A DNA stretch of 64,000 nt from Phoronis australis (lineage: Eukaryota > Animalia > Phoronida), in the NCBI GenBank assembly GCA_002633005.1, contig NMRA01000524.1, forward strand, positions 188,381 to 252,380, in the 5' to 3' direction. Below the pieces are notes generated by a model. It ran no database searches. It was not told the DNA's origin and worked only from the letters and a program-made list of their open reading frames with translations. The position numbers were made by a program, and so were the translations under genes. How positions within the stretch are numbered: position 1 is the first letter of the stretch; every line of letters begins with the position of its first letter. Below, in pieces: positions 27,896 through 38,915 of the stretch.

Positions 27896-27950
27896 CTGTG
27901 TAATAACCATAGTGCTCAAGGTGTCGCTTCATGAAACTCTCATAGGGGTT
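27896..27950 (-). CDS. AGBL2: Cytosolic carboxypeptidase 2/3-like, most 5' confidently identified coding exon (NPYESFMKRHLEHYGYYT-G)
   Basis: cag|AAC...ACA G|gtaag, 55 nt. The peptide resembles the N-terminal PYExFMxRHLxxYGY motif of CCP2/AGBL2. It ends in phase 1, matching the 13678 exon. Confidence 0.8.
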
Positions 27951-28483
27951 CTGAAAATATAGACATTTAATCATACAGAGCTGATCAACCAGGTTATAAC
28001 ATTACTATAGACTTGCAAACTGAATGAACTACGGCAAAATGTCTTCAAACAAAATATGGTAGAACAGTGAAATTTGACTTTATCAAAATTTTCAACAAGA
28101 GTAAACAAGATAATTTCAGTTCATTATTTGAAAACCTTACTAACACCTGTCACCAGCAAACACACAATGAAATTTTGAACATTTCGGCAACACAGTGAGC
28201 GTTTGAAAACTGCAAAGATGATAATTTTGGCAAATATTTTTGTTCAAATTTGAGGAAACTTTACCATACTTAAAAAATCCCAGATCTTTTAAAAATATTT
28301 TCTGACTGTATAGATGGTTCAGAACTTGAACATGGAAAAGCATTACCTGGATGTAGCATATTCTTTATGGAGAAACGGAGAAAACAAAATTTCAGTTGTT
28401 CGTCATATTGTGTCCTAAACTGGTGATTTTACCATATTTTTACAAAACAAAAGAATAAGTTTGAGGGGATGAAGGATTCACGA

Positions 28484-28984
28484 CAGGCCTTTATGCAGCG
28501 TACGTCCTGGACGTCCAAATGGACGCCCTAGCACTAATCTGGACACCCTGGCAAGGACGCCCAATGTATCATTTGGATGCCCACTGTCCCATCCACTGTC
28601 AATAGGAACCTTTCAAGTTTGGAGTCACACATTGTAATGAATACTAGGAAGCCTCTGAAGGCTCACAGTGGGGCTCTTTTTTCAAAGCAGGAAGAAATAT
28701 ACAATGTATATACAAAGTATATGCATTGTTGCTATTTTGACACTCGATTGACAGCATTATAAAAGTCTTGGTCTACACAGTTTTTTTGGTAAAAATGCTC
28801 ACCACAGAAAGCTGTTTTATAAACTTAGATGTAAAAACCTTAATCTATGCATTTATTTGTAAAAAAATCTGTGTGTTGGGGGTATTGCTGGGGTGGGGGG
28901 TTACGCGTCCGAATCATGGACGCCCTGGAATATTGGGAACCCCATTTTGGACACCCTGTTTTCGAAATCCTGGATAAAGGCCTG
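28484..28984. mobile_element. hAT-type non-autonomous element, copy 2
   Basis: TIRs CAGGCCTTTATGCAG / CTGGATAAAGGCCTG. The 8-bp TSD is ATTCACGA/ATTCATGA. Confidence 0.85.
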
Positions 28985-29447
28985 ATTCATGATCGAATGT
29001 TAGTAAAGTTTTGCGGTTGTCGTACATGAAATATCTCCCCCAGGTTGCATAGATCACAATTTTCATTCTCATTTGCCAATTCTACCTTGCTTCAAGGTTC
29101 ACAGCAGTCTAGAAGAAGTGTACAAATCAAATTCACTGAGTCCTTCAAATCACTCCTAACGCATATGAAAATGCCAGTTTCACATTCACAGGCGGCAAAA
29201 AACATAGTTTCCCGTATTACATGAAAGCCTTTCACCCCTCCCACTAGTTTGATAATATGTCCGACTTCACTTAAAAACACCAACCTTTGCTTCAAACCAC
29301 TTACCCGTACTTAAAGGCGAAGGCAACCTTTTTCCATGTCATTTTGAGCTAAAATAAGGTTGGTTGGTTATCCTAGACATATTTTCCACTTAATTACAGC
29401 TTTTCGTAATTTTATAGATTACTCGTCCGCTACTCCGGAAGTGACGT

Positions 29448-30353
29448 NNNNNNNNNNNNNNNNNNNNNNNNNNNNNNNNNNNNNNNNNNNNNNNNNNNNN
29501 NNNNNNNNNNNNNNNNNNNNNNNNNNNNNNNNNNNNNNNNNNNNNNNNNNNNNNNNNNNNNNNNNNNNNNNNNNNNNNNNNNNNNNNNNNNNNNNNNNNN
29601 NNNNNNNNNNNNNNNNNNNNNNNNNNNNNNNNNNNNNNNNNNNNNNNNNNNNNNNNNNNNNNNNNNNNNNNNNNNNNNNNNNNNNNNNNNNNNNNNNNNN
29701 NNNNNNNNNNNNNNNNNNNNNNNNNNNNNNNNNNNNNNNNNNNNNNNNNNNNNNNNNNNNNNNNNNNNNNNNNNNNNNNNNNNNNNNNNNNNNNNNNNNN
29801 NNNNNNNNNNNNNNNNNNNNNNNNNNNNNNNNNNNNNNNNNNNNNNNNNNNNNNNNNNNNNNNNNNNNNNNNNNNNNNNNNNNNNNNNNNNNNNNNNNNN
29901 NNNNNNNNNNNNNNNNNNNNNNNNNNNNNNNNNNNNNNNNNNNNNNNNNNNNNNNNNNNNNNNNNNNNNNNNNNNNNNNNNNNNNNNNNNNNNNNNNNNN
30001 NNNNNNNNNNNNNNNNNNNNNNNNNNNNNNNNNNNNNNNNNNNNNNNNNNNNNNNNNNNNNNNNNNNNNNNNNNNNNNNNNNNNNNNNNNNNNNNNNNNN
30101 NNNNNNNNNNNNNNNNNNNNNNNNNNNNNNNNNNNNNNNNNNNNNNNNNNNNNNNNNNNNNNNNNNNNNNNNNNNNNNNNNNNNNNNNNNNNNNNNNNNN
30201 NNNNNNNNNNNNNNNNNNNNNNNNNNNNNNNNNNNNNNNNNNNNNNNNNNNNNNNNNNNNNNNNNNNNNNNNNNNNNNNNNNNNNNNNNNNNNNNNNNNN
30301 NNNNNNNNNNNNNNNNNNNNNNNNNNNNNNNNNNNNNNNNNNNNNNNNNNNNN
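29448..30353. other. Assembly gap
   Basis: Run of N. Confidence 1.
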
Positions 30354-30436
30354 ATCGGAAAGCGATGCAAAGGTACTCCCAAAGCGCGCGTGAGCCGATA
30401 ATTAGTACATCCTGGTACGCAGCAACAGTGTGGCAT
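30354..30436 (-). CDS. N-terminus of a THAP zinc-finger protein (partial, runs into the gap)
   Basis: MPHCCCVPGCTNYRLTRALGVPLHRFP matches the THAP signature M-x-x-x-C-x-V-x-G-C-x-N...h-H-x-F-P. Confidence 0.75.
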
Positions 30437-32658
30437 GTTGACTGACTAGTAAATGAAAGCAAACGACGACGGAACTTAACACAACCGAGGTAGAACAATG
30501 ACTGACTCGGCAGCTCTCACAGTCAGACTATATGAAAAGAAATTGGCGCGAAATGCTTGCCTCCTAAAACGTCACTTCCGGAGAAGCGGGCGAGTAATTA
30601 ATAAAATTACGAAAAGCTGTAATTAAGTGGAAAATATGTCTAGGATAACCAACCAACCTTGTTTTAGCTCAAAATGACATGGAAAAAGGTTGCCTTCGCC
30701 TTTAAAAAAACTTGGTCTCAACTTTTTCCATACTAACAGATTCAAATTTAGACATTTTGGTGCTGGTTGATGCTGGGGACCACGTTCAATGCATAAAGTG
30801 ACTTACTCAACTTTTCGAATCAGGTCACTCTAAATGAACTTTGATTAGACTTTATAATTACAAACTGTAGATGGCAATAGTAATTTTTTCATAGAACGTA
30901 GATTACGACAGCTTTAAAAGATGCTAATGCCCTCACATCAATTGCAGTCTCGCCTCGTAAAGTTTTTTATCTTTTCGTGAGTAGTGAAACATTTTCCATA
31001 GTTCTAAATAAACGGCCAATCGTGTGTATCGCCGTGACTGACTGGTGTTTCATTGCATTGTGACAATGCACACCAGACTAGAAGCTGCAAGCTGAGCACT
31101 GTGTTTCATTAGGCGAAAAAAAAGTACATTAAACTTCTTGAATTGAGACAAAGGTATAATTGATAAAATTGAAATTTTCTTATTTTCATAAGTTTGCTAC
31201 ATTGCAATATGTGCAAAAAATACCAAATGCTGCTTAGTGACTGCTACCATGGACTATACAAAACAAAACAAAAATTCCTTGAAACATTATATTTGCTGAT
31301 AAGTTTGACAAAATGAAATTTCCCTTATGCGCAACAATGTACCCCAAAATGAATGAACAATTTACCAAACTACCATGGCGTTACGTTATCTTGCGGGTAT
31401 TATCAAGACAGTGAATTAAGAATTTCAAGAACATCCAGAGATTCCCATTTCTAAAACTGTAATCAGTGACAATCTTAAATGTGCTCTATATGCACTGTAC
31501 TCCAAAACACACATTAATCAGGCTTACTAATTTTTTTAAGAAGGGACTCTTAAGTGCCTGTAACAATTATCTTCATTGCTGCTCCAAACAGATATTACCG
31601 CCACATTCAACTTTATTGGTTGCTCTTTTCCCAAGTGAAAGGAAGCGATTTATAAATATTTCATTCCAATAAACCACAGATGATTAACTAACCCATTCAG
31701 GTACTGCTTCTGTTGGTAATATACCTCGCATAGGAGTGTGACAAGGCTAGCCTCACCTAATCAATAGGTCAGCCTAGCAAATCAATGAGGCTAATTGAGA
31801 ACTTATCAGCAGGCCAATATAAAGCTAATAATTCAAACAGGAAAACAAAAGATCCTGTCAAAAGCAGTGAATTCAAAAGTCAATGTAATAGGCACTGGCA
31901 ACATCAGACCATTTGATAACAAAAATTATGGAAGGATTTAAATGCGAATACCATAAGTTGGTGTGCTAACAACACCAATTTTTTTGGCCACTATAATCCC
32001 CCCACAATTTACAAATACTCTGTCCTGGTTGTTACCACTACTATCATTCATCCCCAACAACAAACTTTGTGCTTGATACTTCAACTTATTAGGAGCACAT
32101 GCTATATATTCTCAGTGGTTCCGATAAAACATCGCAACACCGTGCTTCATGTTATAACTGCTGATGGTTACCCTGTTCTGCACTGTTCAGCACATTAAAA
32201 AGCAAAAATCAAATAAAGCCTTTTACTCTTCCATATCATGATGTTTTTACCTTTCATTAACAACATTTGTTGAATACACGGCACTTTTCATTATTAACAA
32301 TCTTTATTCTGCTCTGTTCGTATCCTCGGAACCAAGTTCAACACTCAACAGAACATTGGTAAAGCAACTGACCAAGAGACATAATAAAAAGACATTCTCA
32401 ATTCATTCTCGAGTGGAAGAAAAATAACGCAGTAATACAACCACAGAGCAAAAGCTGGAGACTTACACAGTGGGACACGGCAGGTGTGATACAATCAGCG
32501 GCTCAAGAAAACATTTCAGTGTTCAACGAGGTTGGTCAGTAATACAAAAATTGATGATTTAAATAGCTCACACGTACCCTTTGTCTGTGACTTCTGTTGT
32601 TGGTTCATTCGACAATACCAGTAGTTCATGATCAGGTGAATGTAGTAGCATTTCTTAA

Positions 32659-33255
32659 GTGCACAAAATCATCAATTTCATATCAAATACACCACAAAAC
32701 TACCGCAGTCGATCATCTGTCAAATTAAAATATCTGCAAACACTATCTTACGATACCTCAATTACCTTACGACTTTAACGAGCATTTATTAGTCAATACA
32801 TGCTACTGGTACCTAAAATCAGGACAACCAATAAAAGCCCCAGCCATTCTCCATTGCCTTTAGTATGAAAAGTCGTCAGATATTGCTGCTCGTTTTCCCG
32901 TGGTTTATGGTAATGGAAGGCGAGGCATTGCATTTGTGGTGGTTGTGACAGCTTAGTATTTGACCACGCTGTGGCTCCTTTCACTTTCCCGCGGGACATC
33001 ACAGAAGTGCGCACATGGCACATGTTTTTGCTAGAATCATGTGTGAACATGATACATTGGCGCTGGGTACTTTCATACATCACACTCGTGTCTGTGGAGC
33101 TAAAAAACTTTTCATTGAGGTTGTTTTCCTTCTATTTTCTTGTTTTTTGGGATATTGAATTCACGATTGTGATATACATTGCTTTAAAGGAAGGTTTAAT
33201 GGTGCTGACAATGTAGTCAATTGTTAAAATAAGGTAAATGGTGGTTTTAAGCATT
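32659..33255. mobile_element. TTAA-flanked non-autonomous element; deletion derivative of the 47683-52841 element
   Basis: TTAA on both sides with imperfect TIRs. The left ~250 bp matches 47683-47905, and the right ~265 bp matches 52610-52841. Confidence 0.7.
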
Positions 33256-33818
33256 TTAAACCTTAAAGAACTTGCCTTAAGAATTCAACATTGGCAGCTG
33301 AACATGGGCGAAATGGAGCTTAGATGTGGACATCTGGCATTTGACGAATGAACACTACAATGCCAATGTCTTGGTTCAAAGGCCTATACTGGTAACTATA
33401 CAGGTTTGAAACAATCTCAGTAAACGTGAATGAAATAAAATCTGACACAAACTTAGTATCATGAAAAACTACACTCTTCTGGGTGGTTTACAAGCAATTT
33501 AGAGAACCGGGCAGCCACTAAATAACGGGTCCGTTACTTAGTGGATGAAGCTGGTTCTCTAAATCAGGGACCGCTAAATCCGACCAGTGCCCACTCAATC
33601 CCCAATGGACAGGTGAAGGATAAACGATATTTTATCAAACTGCAAAAAATCTGTACAATGCACAAAAACCTTTCGTTAGGCCTACGGAACCTAAACACCA
33701 TTACGCTCTTCACAAAGTGCAAGTGTCCAGAGTTTGCGACGCAGTTATCTACGAGCTGTTGCATCCACTAGAAATTGTTGATAAGACTCAGGCGAGAGTG
33801 CCTGGGTGTGGTTGAAGT

Positions 33819-35269
33819 CACAGGCATCCTCAGCTTCTGATCGTCCCCAATACACTACATGTAATACTACAAGGTATGACACTCGGGACTAGAAATTCAA
33901 CGGGTGCTTCGATTCAGCTGTCCACATCAAACACATAACTCAATAAATTTACACAAAACAGGGATCCAACTAGGCAACACATAGCCCCTCGATTGGCCAG
34001 TTAGGGGATACAATACTTCCAATCGCTTTCTGTATGCATTTCTTTCCATGTATTTTAAACGGGCGGTAGGCCAAATCCGACCACCGATTTTGAGTTTTCT
34101 CCTCGTCAAAAATACATTCTACACTTAAAACTATCATTTAAAAAAGCACTTACTTTCTTCATTGCTCCTTTCTACTTTAATCTATACATATCTTCGATGA
34201 AGTTCAGTTACGAGAATTAGGTGACTTTGGCGAAGAATTCCAACTCCGCTTTTTTGGTCACCGTTAACTTTTTCATTATGTGCGCGCGATAACCACAAAG
34301 TACTTCAACTGAGTCAAGTGAGATAGGCAAAGGCTAGCGCGAGACTGAGCGAAGCGCGTGATGCTAGCGCGTGACATTTGCAAAATAGCATGGGAAGGTA
34401 TCAGGTGAAATTTATAAGATTTGTGTGCCTTGAACTTTTTATTCGACAACATGCCTGATTTCACATAACTTCCTCAAATTTGCACCCGGTAAGAGAAGCT
34501 CGGTAAGAGAAACTCGAACAAACCACCACAGATTGTCATCGATTAGTTCAAATTATCTTCACTGACTAGATTGTTTCCAGACTTATGGTACGTATTAATT
34601 ATAACTCCATCTGCATGTACGTTTCATTAGATTTTATTTCCTGTACTTTGAAATTTGTAACTTTTTGTGGGGATATACTATTGCCCCTGTATGCCTGCGG
34701 CCTCCATGGCGATGTAATTGCCTAGGGTTGAACAACCATGAGCAATTGTTCTTTCTTACAATACCATTCACGGTGCCCTGCTCCAGCGAGTTCGCAAAAA
34801 ATTCACAGTCAAAGCAAAAAAAATACCCAAAAACACCAGAAATACCTCGCACTTTGACCGTTAGAGGTTAAGGACAGTACGGAAATTGTCGGTTTGTCGC
34901 GTAAAGTCACGATGTTGATAACACTACACTTAGCCGTCCATTCGTAACTTATCAGTAATTTCCGTACCGTCCTTGCCCTCGAACCTTCAAAGTGCGAGGT
35001 ATATCTGGGCTTTTTGGGTACATTTTTGTGCTTTGACTGCGAATTTCTTGTGAACTCGCTGGAGCAGGACACCGTGAATGATATTATAAGAAAGAACAAT
35101 AGCTCATGGTTTGAACCCGTTTTGCGTAAATTTATTGAGTTATGTGTTTGATATGGACGGCTGAATCGAAGCACTCGTGGAATTTCTCTAGTAGTCCTGA
35201 GTGTCATACCTTGTAGTATTGTATGTAGTGCATTGCCTTGGGGACAATCTGAAGCTGAGGACGCCTGTG
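33819..35269. repeat. Long inverted repeat (arms ~33819-33990 and ~34700-35269)
   Basis: 33819-33963 is the reverse complement of 35116-35269 with scattered mismatches. Similarity resumes on the other side of the 34725-35118 palindrome. Confidence 0.8.
34725..35118. mobile_element. Fold-back (near-palindromic) MITE
   Basis: 34725-34857 pairs with 34987-35118 (GGGTTGAACAACCATGAGC / GCTCATGGTTTGAACCC). Inner IR: aaggacagtacggaaatt / aatttccgtaccgtcctt. Confidence 0.75.
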
Positions 35270-36134
35270 GCTGTGGCTGAAGTGTATAGGTTCCATGGCA
35301 AGGTTACATTCTCCTGTATGATGCCGATGGTAAAGATTTTGTGGTGAGGCCTGTGCTCCCTCTATAGGCGACTGGTGATCACTTCAAAAAACTCATTTAG
35401 AAAACAACTATTCAATAATATTTCCACACTCAAAAACTCACCAGCTGAAACTGATACTCCATTTTGGGTTTGGACGGCCACTTGTTGCTATTGGGAAACA
35501 TTGTTGACAACTCGTTTCAAAACAGCTGACCACTCGTCGACCTTTGATTCACTAGTGTGATCAGTGATTCCAAATAATTACCTCAGAAAGTCGAGCCACA
35601 TGGGCTAAGTTAAAATTAGTTTAAAAATAAACACATAATGTAGTCCTGGAGCAGAGCATGCGCCGTGCGAAAGGCACACAATTCCAGAGTACGGCCACCT
35701 TCCCGGACTTGACACATTTTTCTTCGTACCAAGTTTCCTTCAATAACAACCGAATCACAAAGTGTAGCATTTCGCACATTAAAGAAATCTCAATGTATGT
35801 ACGCAAGTTACGTGGTATTCAACAATAAAAATATGATAACTTACACCCATGTTGCTTTTTTGATTATTTATATATGCTGCAGGTATATGTGCGTTTTTAT
35901 ATATTAATAGCATAACTTCCTAAATTATATTACATGTGTTGCTTCTGCCGCGTGTGCCAGTGAAAAGGAACTATTTTTCTAAGGTATAGGAACATTTCGA
36001 TATTTACAGAAGACTTACATCAAAATGCACATATATCCATCAGTTGTAACTTTATTATTTTCCTTAGCTTTTCTCAAGCATTTGTTATTTGTGAATATCA
36101 CGATCACTGGTCGTTGACAAGTGAACGAGAGCTA

Positions 36135-36160
36135 ATTTCCGGTCTCTCGCCATCTTGCTC
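36135..36160 (+). promoter_or_regulatory. RPL39 core promoter/TSS region: ETS site, pyrimidine initiator, YY1 site
   Basis: TTCCGG (36137-36142), TCTCTC (36143-36148) and CGCCATCTT (36148-36156) lie ~30 nt before the ATG. This combination is typical of ribosomal-protein promoters. Confidence 0.65.
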
Positions 36161-36185
36161 GATAGCGCTCTAGAAGCGTTGAAAA

Positions 36186-36188
36186 ATG
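36186..36188 (+). CDS. RPL39: 60S ribosomal protein L39, exon 1 (ATG only)
   Basis: aaaaATG|gtgtgt follows the RP-type promoter. Exon 2 starts in phase 0 at codon 2, the usual RPL39 structure. Confidence 0.75.
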
Positions 36189-36325
36189 GTGTGTATTTAT
36201 TTCAGGATATTTGGACAATTTCTCAATATGAACTTATGACTGATATAGCTATAATTTAGTGGTAAAAGTGCTCTTCGGATTGTCATTGAGCTAACGATGG
36301 ATGACTCGGAGAGCTTAGGTTTCAA

Positions 36326-36462
36326 TGACGAAAAAGTAGTCTCATATATTTCCAAAATTGGAGACAGTCCTTCGTACACAGCAGCACTGGACGTGCAATA
36401 GCATTTATTCAAGCTGGTCAGTTTTTGTGATTGATGTGCACCACGTCCACGTTGTGACAACG
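36326..36462 (+). ncRNA. Candidate H/ACA snoRNA in RPL39 intron 1
   Basis: Hairpin ACGAA-[AAAGTA]-GTCTC...GAGAC-[AGTCC]-TTCGT, then H box ACAGCA (36378-36383), a second hairpin TGGACGTG/CACGTCCA, and ACA at 36457-36459. The box spacing is not canonical. Confidence 0.4.
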
Positions 36463-36859
36463 TCACTTTTCACTATCTCTTATGTTCATCCTGGGTTAAA
36501 TTTCAAATTCCAAAGGCTAGAAGACGGTTTTAACAAGCTGAGCTGGGCCAGCGGAATCTGGCTAAGACACTAGCAACGTAAATAGCTCTCCCAAAGAAAA
36601 CTAAACTTCATATCAGTAATTACGGGTATTGATGCTTAACTTGATCTTGATGTTCGTTTTGCGAAGACACTACCCTAAAACAAATGCAACCATCTGATTG
36701 AGGGCAGTACACCTCAAGTTCCACACCTCGCCTCACTCAGTAGCCTCGCCAGCTAAAAGCTATTTCTCCTGAATTTGCTCCGCTGTGCAATAACCCCAGC
36801 TTCAAGTGAAAATAATATGCATGACAGTAAATTACGAATGCAGATTGGTTTTGATGTTT

Positions 36860-36997
36860 ATAGTGTAGTACCCAACCGCGAATTAAACTAGTGACTCTCA
36901 TGAAAGCAGCGCAGCGAGCCTGCAAACCATTCAGCCAGGTGGCATTTGACCATTAAGTGGCTAACAAAGGCTCGTATGATTCACCTGAAGCACATCT
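36860..36997 (-). repeat. tRNA-like (SINE-type) repeat, copy 1
   Basis: Minus-strand A-box TGGCTGAATGG and a weak B-box. Shares blocks with 37735-37858. Confidence 0.4.
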
Positions 36998-37195
36998 TCA
37001 ACATTCCCCCTTTCCTACAGAACGGGCACCACCAGGAAGGTGAACACCAGGTTGTCTCGCATATAGGTCATCCACTTCCTTTGGTGCCTTTACCACCACA
37101 ACACAGGTGAACACAAGGTGGTCTCTCATCAACTCCTGGAACTTTTACCTTCACCATAACAATGCACGCTGTCCAAGGTCCTTGGGTACCAGTTG

Positions 37196-37680
37196 CAGGG
37201 CTTGAAATTTTCCGCGGAAACGCGGATTTCCGCTTTTTTCAAATGTTCTGTCTGCGTATTTTATTATATTTCCGCGTAAAAAAAGTCGGATTTGATATAA
37301 AATTTCCGCGGCAAATGTCTTTCTTACAGCCGCGTTGCCGACGACTTTCACCTCGAAAAGCGGAAGTTGCTCTTTATGTTTGGGAGGAACGTAAATTGTC
37401 AACATTGCTGGGGCATCTGGGATAGCGTGGTGAATTTCCTCAATGGCGGTTCGTGTGATTGTAAACTGCGGTGACAAATACTACGACCATGTAGCCAAAA
37501 AANAGGCGGGAGTGGCAGACAAGCTAAGACAGACGCAGACGCACGCTTCCAGAGGTGTTACCCGTTTTGTTTTTTTGTTTTTTTTAGTCCCCTCGATTTT
37601 GGTCGGTAAAAGGTCCACACCGACTCTTTGAGGGCTGGCATGATTCGGGCCTTTTTCGCCATTGGTCATTCCAAGCCCTG
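37196..37680. mobile_element. hAT-like MITE in RPL39 intron 1
   Basis: TIRs CAGGGCTTGAAAT / ATTCCAAGCCCTG and internal ttccgc repeats. The TSD is not clean, and there is a single-N join at 37503. Confidence 0.6.
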
Positions 37681-37734
37681 TAGTTGGCAGTGTTTCATCG
37701 GTAGATCATCTGTTTGCCAACTACGCCATTACCC

Positions 37735-37858
37735 TTCCTGGGAATCTTACCAGCGACCCCCATAAAACCGCCAAGCGTGCTAACCATTCAGCCAATGCGC
37801 AATTTGCCTGTTAGCGAGTAGCTAACAGAGGCTGGTATGATTCACCGGAAGCACATCT
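37735..37858 (-). repeat. tRNA-like (SINE-type) repeat, copy 2
   Basis: Minus-strand A-box TGGCTGAATGGTTA (37781-37794) and B-box-like GGTAAGATTCCC (37740-37751). Confidence 0.45.
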
Positions 37859-38371
37859 ACAGCACAACAGTACTGATCATTTGGCATATGCCTAAAGCAA
37901 AGCAGTCTCGGTGTTCAGGCTGGCTAACCATGCAGTGTTGAAAACACAACTGGGAACGAAGCCAGCTTCTAATACTTTTCATATGCAGAACATATTTGTT
38001 TCGGTCAAGTATAAATGCAGGTGTGGATGAACATGCTTTGTATGCTTGGTTCAAGAACACGTGTACTAATGTTTACCAGGGCTCAACATTAACTTTTTGT
38101 CTTACTTTCCCAGTTGTACAAGAAGAAGTAAAATTAAGCTCTCACCTATTACTCATTGATCGCTGTCAAACTGAAGGCACTCGTTCTTGTTCAACCATTG
38201 GTGGAGGAATTCATGCAAATTCTTAAAGTCTATCCTGTCCACTAGTAATCCCCAAAATGTGTTGTTTTTTTGGCAGTAAAACCAATAATGACACGTAAAA
38301 TTTTATTTTTTAATTAGAAGGAAGTTGCGTTAGGGATGCACTTCAATATCTGTATTTGTCATTTTTATCAG

Positions 38372-38475
38372 GGTGCCCACAAGACGTTCCGCATCAAGAC
38401 CAAACTAGCCAGGAAGCAGAAGCAGAACCGACCAATCCCCCAGTGGGTGAGGATGAAGACAGGCAACACAATCCG
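38372..38475 (+). CDS. RPL39: 60S ribosomal protein L39, exon 2 ([35 protein letters not shown])
   Basis: tttttatcag|GGT...CG|gtaagt. The peptide is clearly eL39. Confidence 0.97.
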
Positions 38476-38846
38476 GTAAGTATAAGTAGCAACGCGGACT
38501 ACACAGGTTGCATTCAATTTCGAATCGCTATTGCGAGTTCACCATACTCTTGGCCGCATTTCCAAATTTTGGTTTGGAAAATTCAACTTAAAGCTCGTTA
38601 CATGGAGACCTGTAGAAGCCAGTATTGCTCTTTCGTTGTTATTTTGATGAAGCGACTTAGTACTTGAAAATAACAGCACTTGTCGAACATGTCGGGGATC
38701 ATTGTGATTTTAAAAGGGCTTAAAAATAAGTACCAAAATGCAGCAGTTTCTAATCGTCTCCATTTCCGTAACACATAGATCATCAAAAACAAGTCTTGGA
38801 TTTTTCAAACATGGGTCAAGATTTTTTTGAAATACCGTTTCCTGTT

Positions 38847-38915
38847 GCTCTGTGATGAATAATTTATAGACAAGCATATAACTGAAATGCATTGTTGATA
38901 AACTGTTCTGAGAGA
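38847..38915 (+). ncRNA. SNORD27: C/D box snoRNA, U27/SNORD27 (snR74) homolog, in RPL39 intron 2
   Basis: C box GTGATGA (38852-38858), D' CTGA (38882-38885), C'-like TTGATAA, D CTGA (38908-38911) and a short CTC/GAG terminal stem. The guide AGACAAGCATAT is complementary to the conserved 18S 5' sequence AUAUGCUUGUCU. Confidence 0.9.

Larger units (their letters stand above)
29315..30701 (-). mobile_element. Kolobok-type DNA transposon with ~133-bp TIRs, interior mostly in an assembly gap
   Basis: TTAA|AGGCGAAGGCAACC...GGTTGCCTTCGCCT|TTAA. The TIRs (29315-29447 vs ~30569-30701) are nearly identical. A THAP-like ORF lies inside. Confidence 0.88.

Noticed and set aside
29360-30498. Long ORFs of 348-361 aa in the ORF track
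   Set aside because: They read through the N gap. Only the 27-aa THAP start is real sequence.
37735-37800. Functional tRNA gene
   Set aside because: Only A/B-box-like motifs are present, and I could not build a proper cloverleaf.
38356-38667. 103-aa ORF
   Set aside because: An alternative frame over RPL39 exon 2 that runs into the intron.
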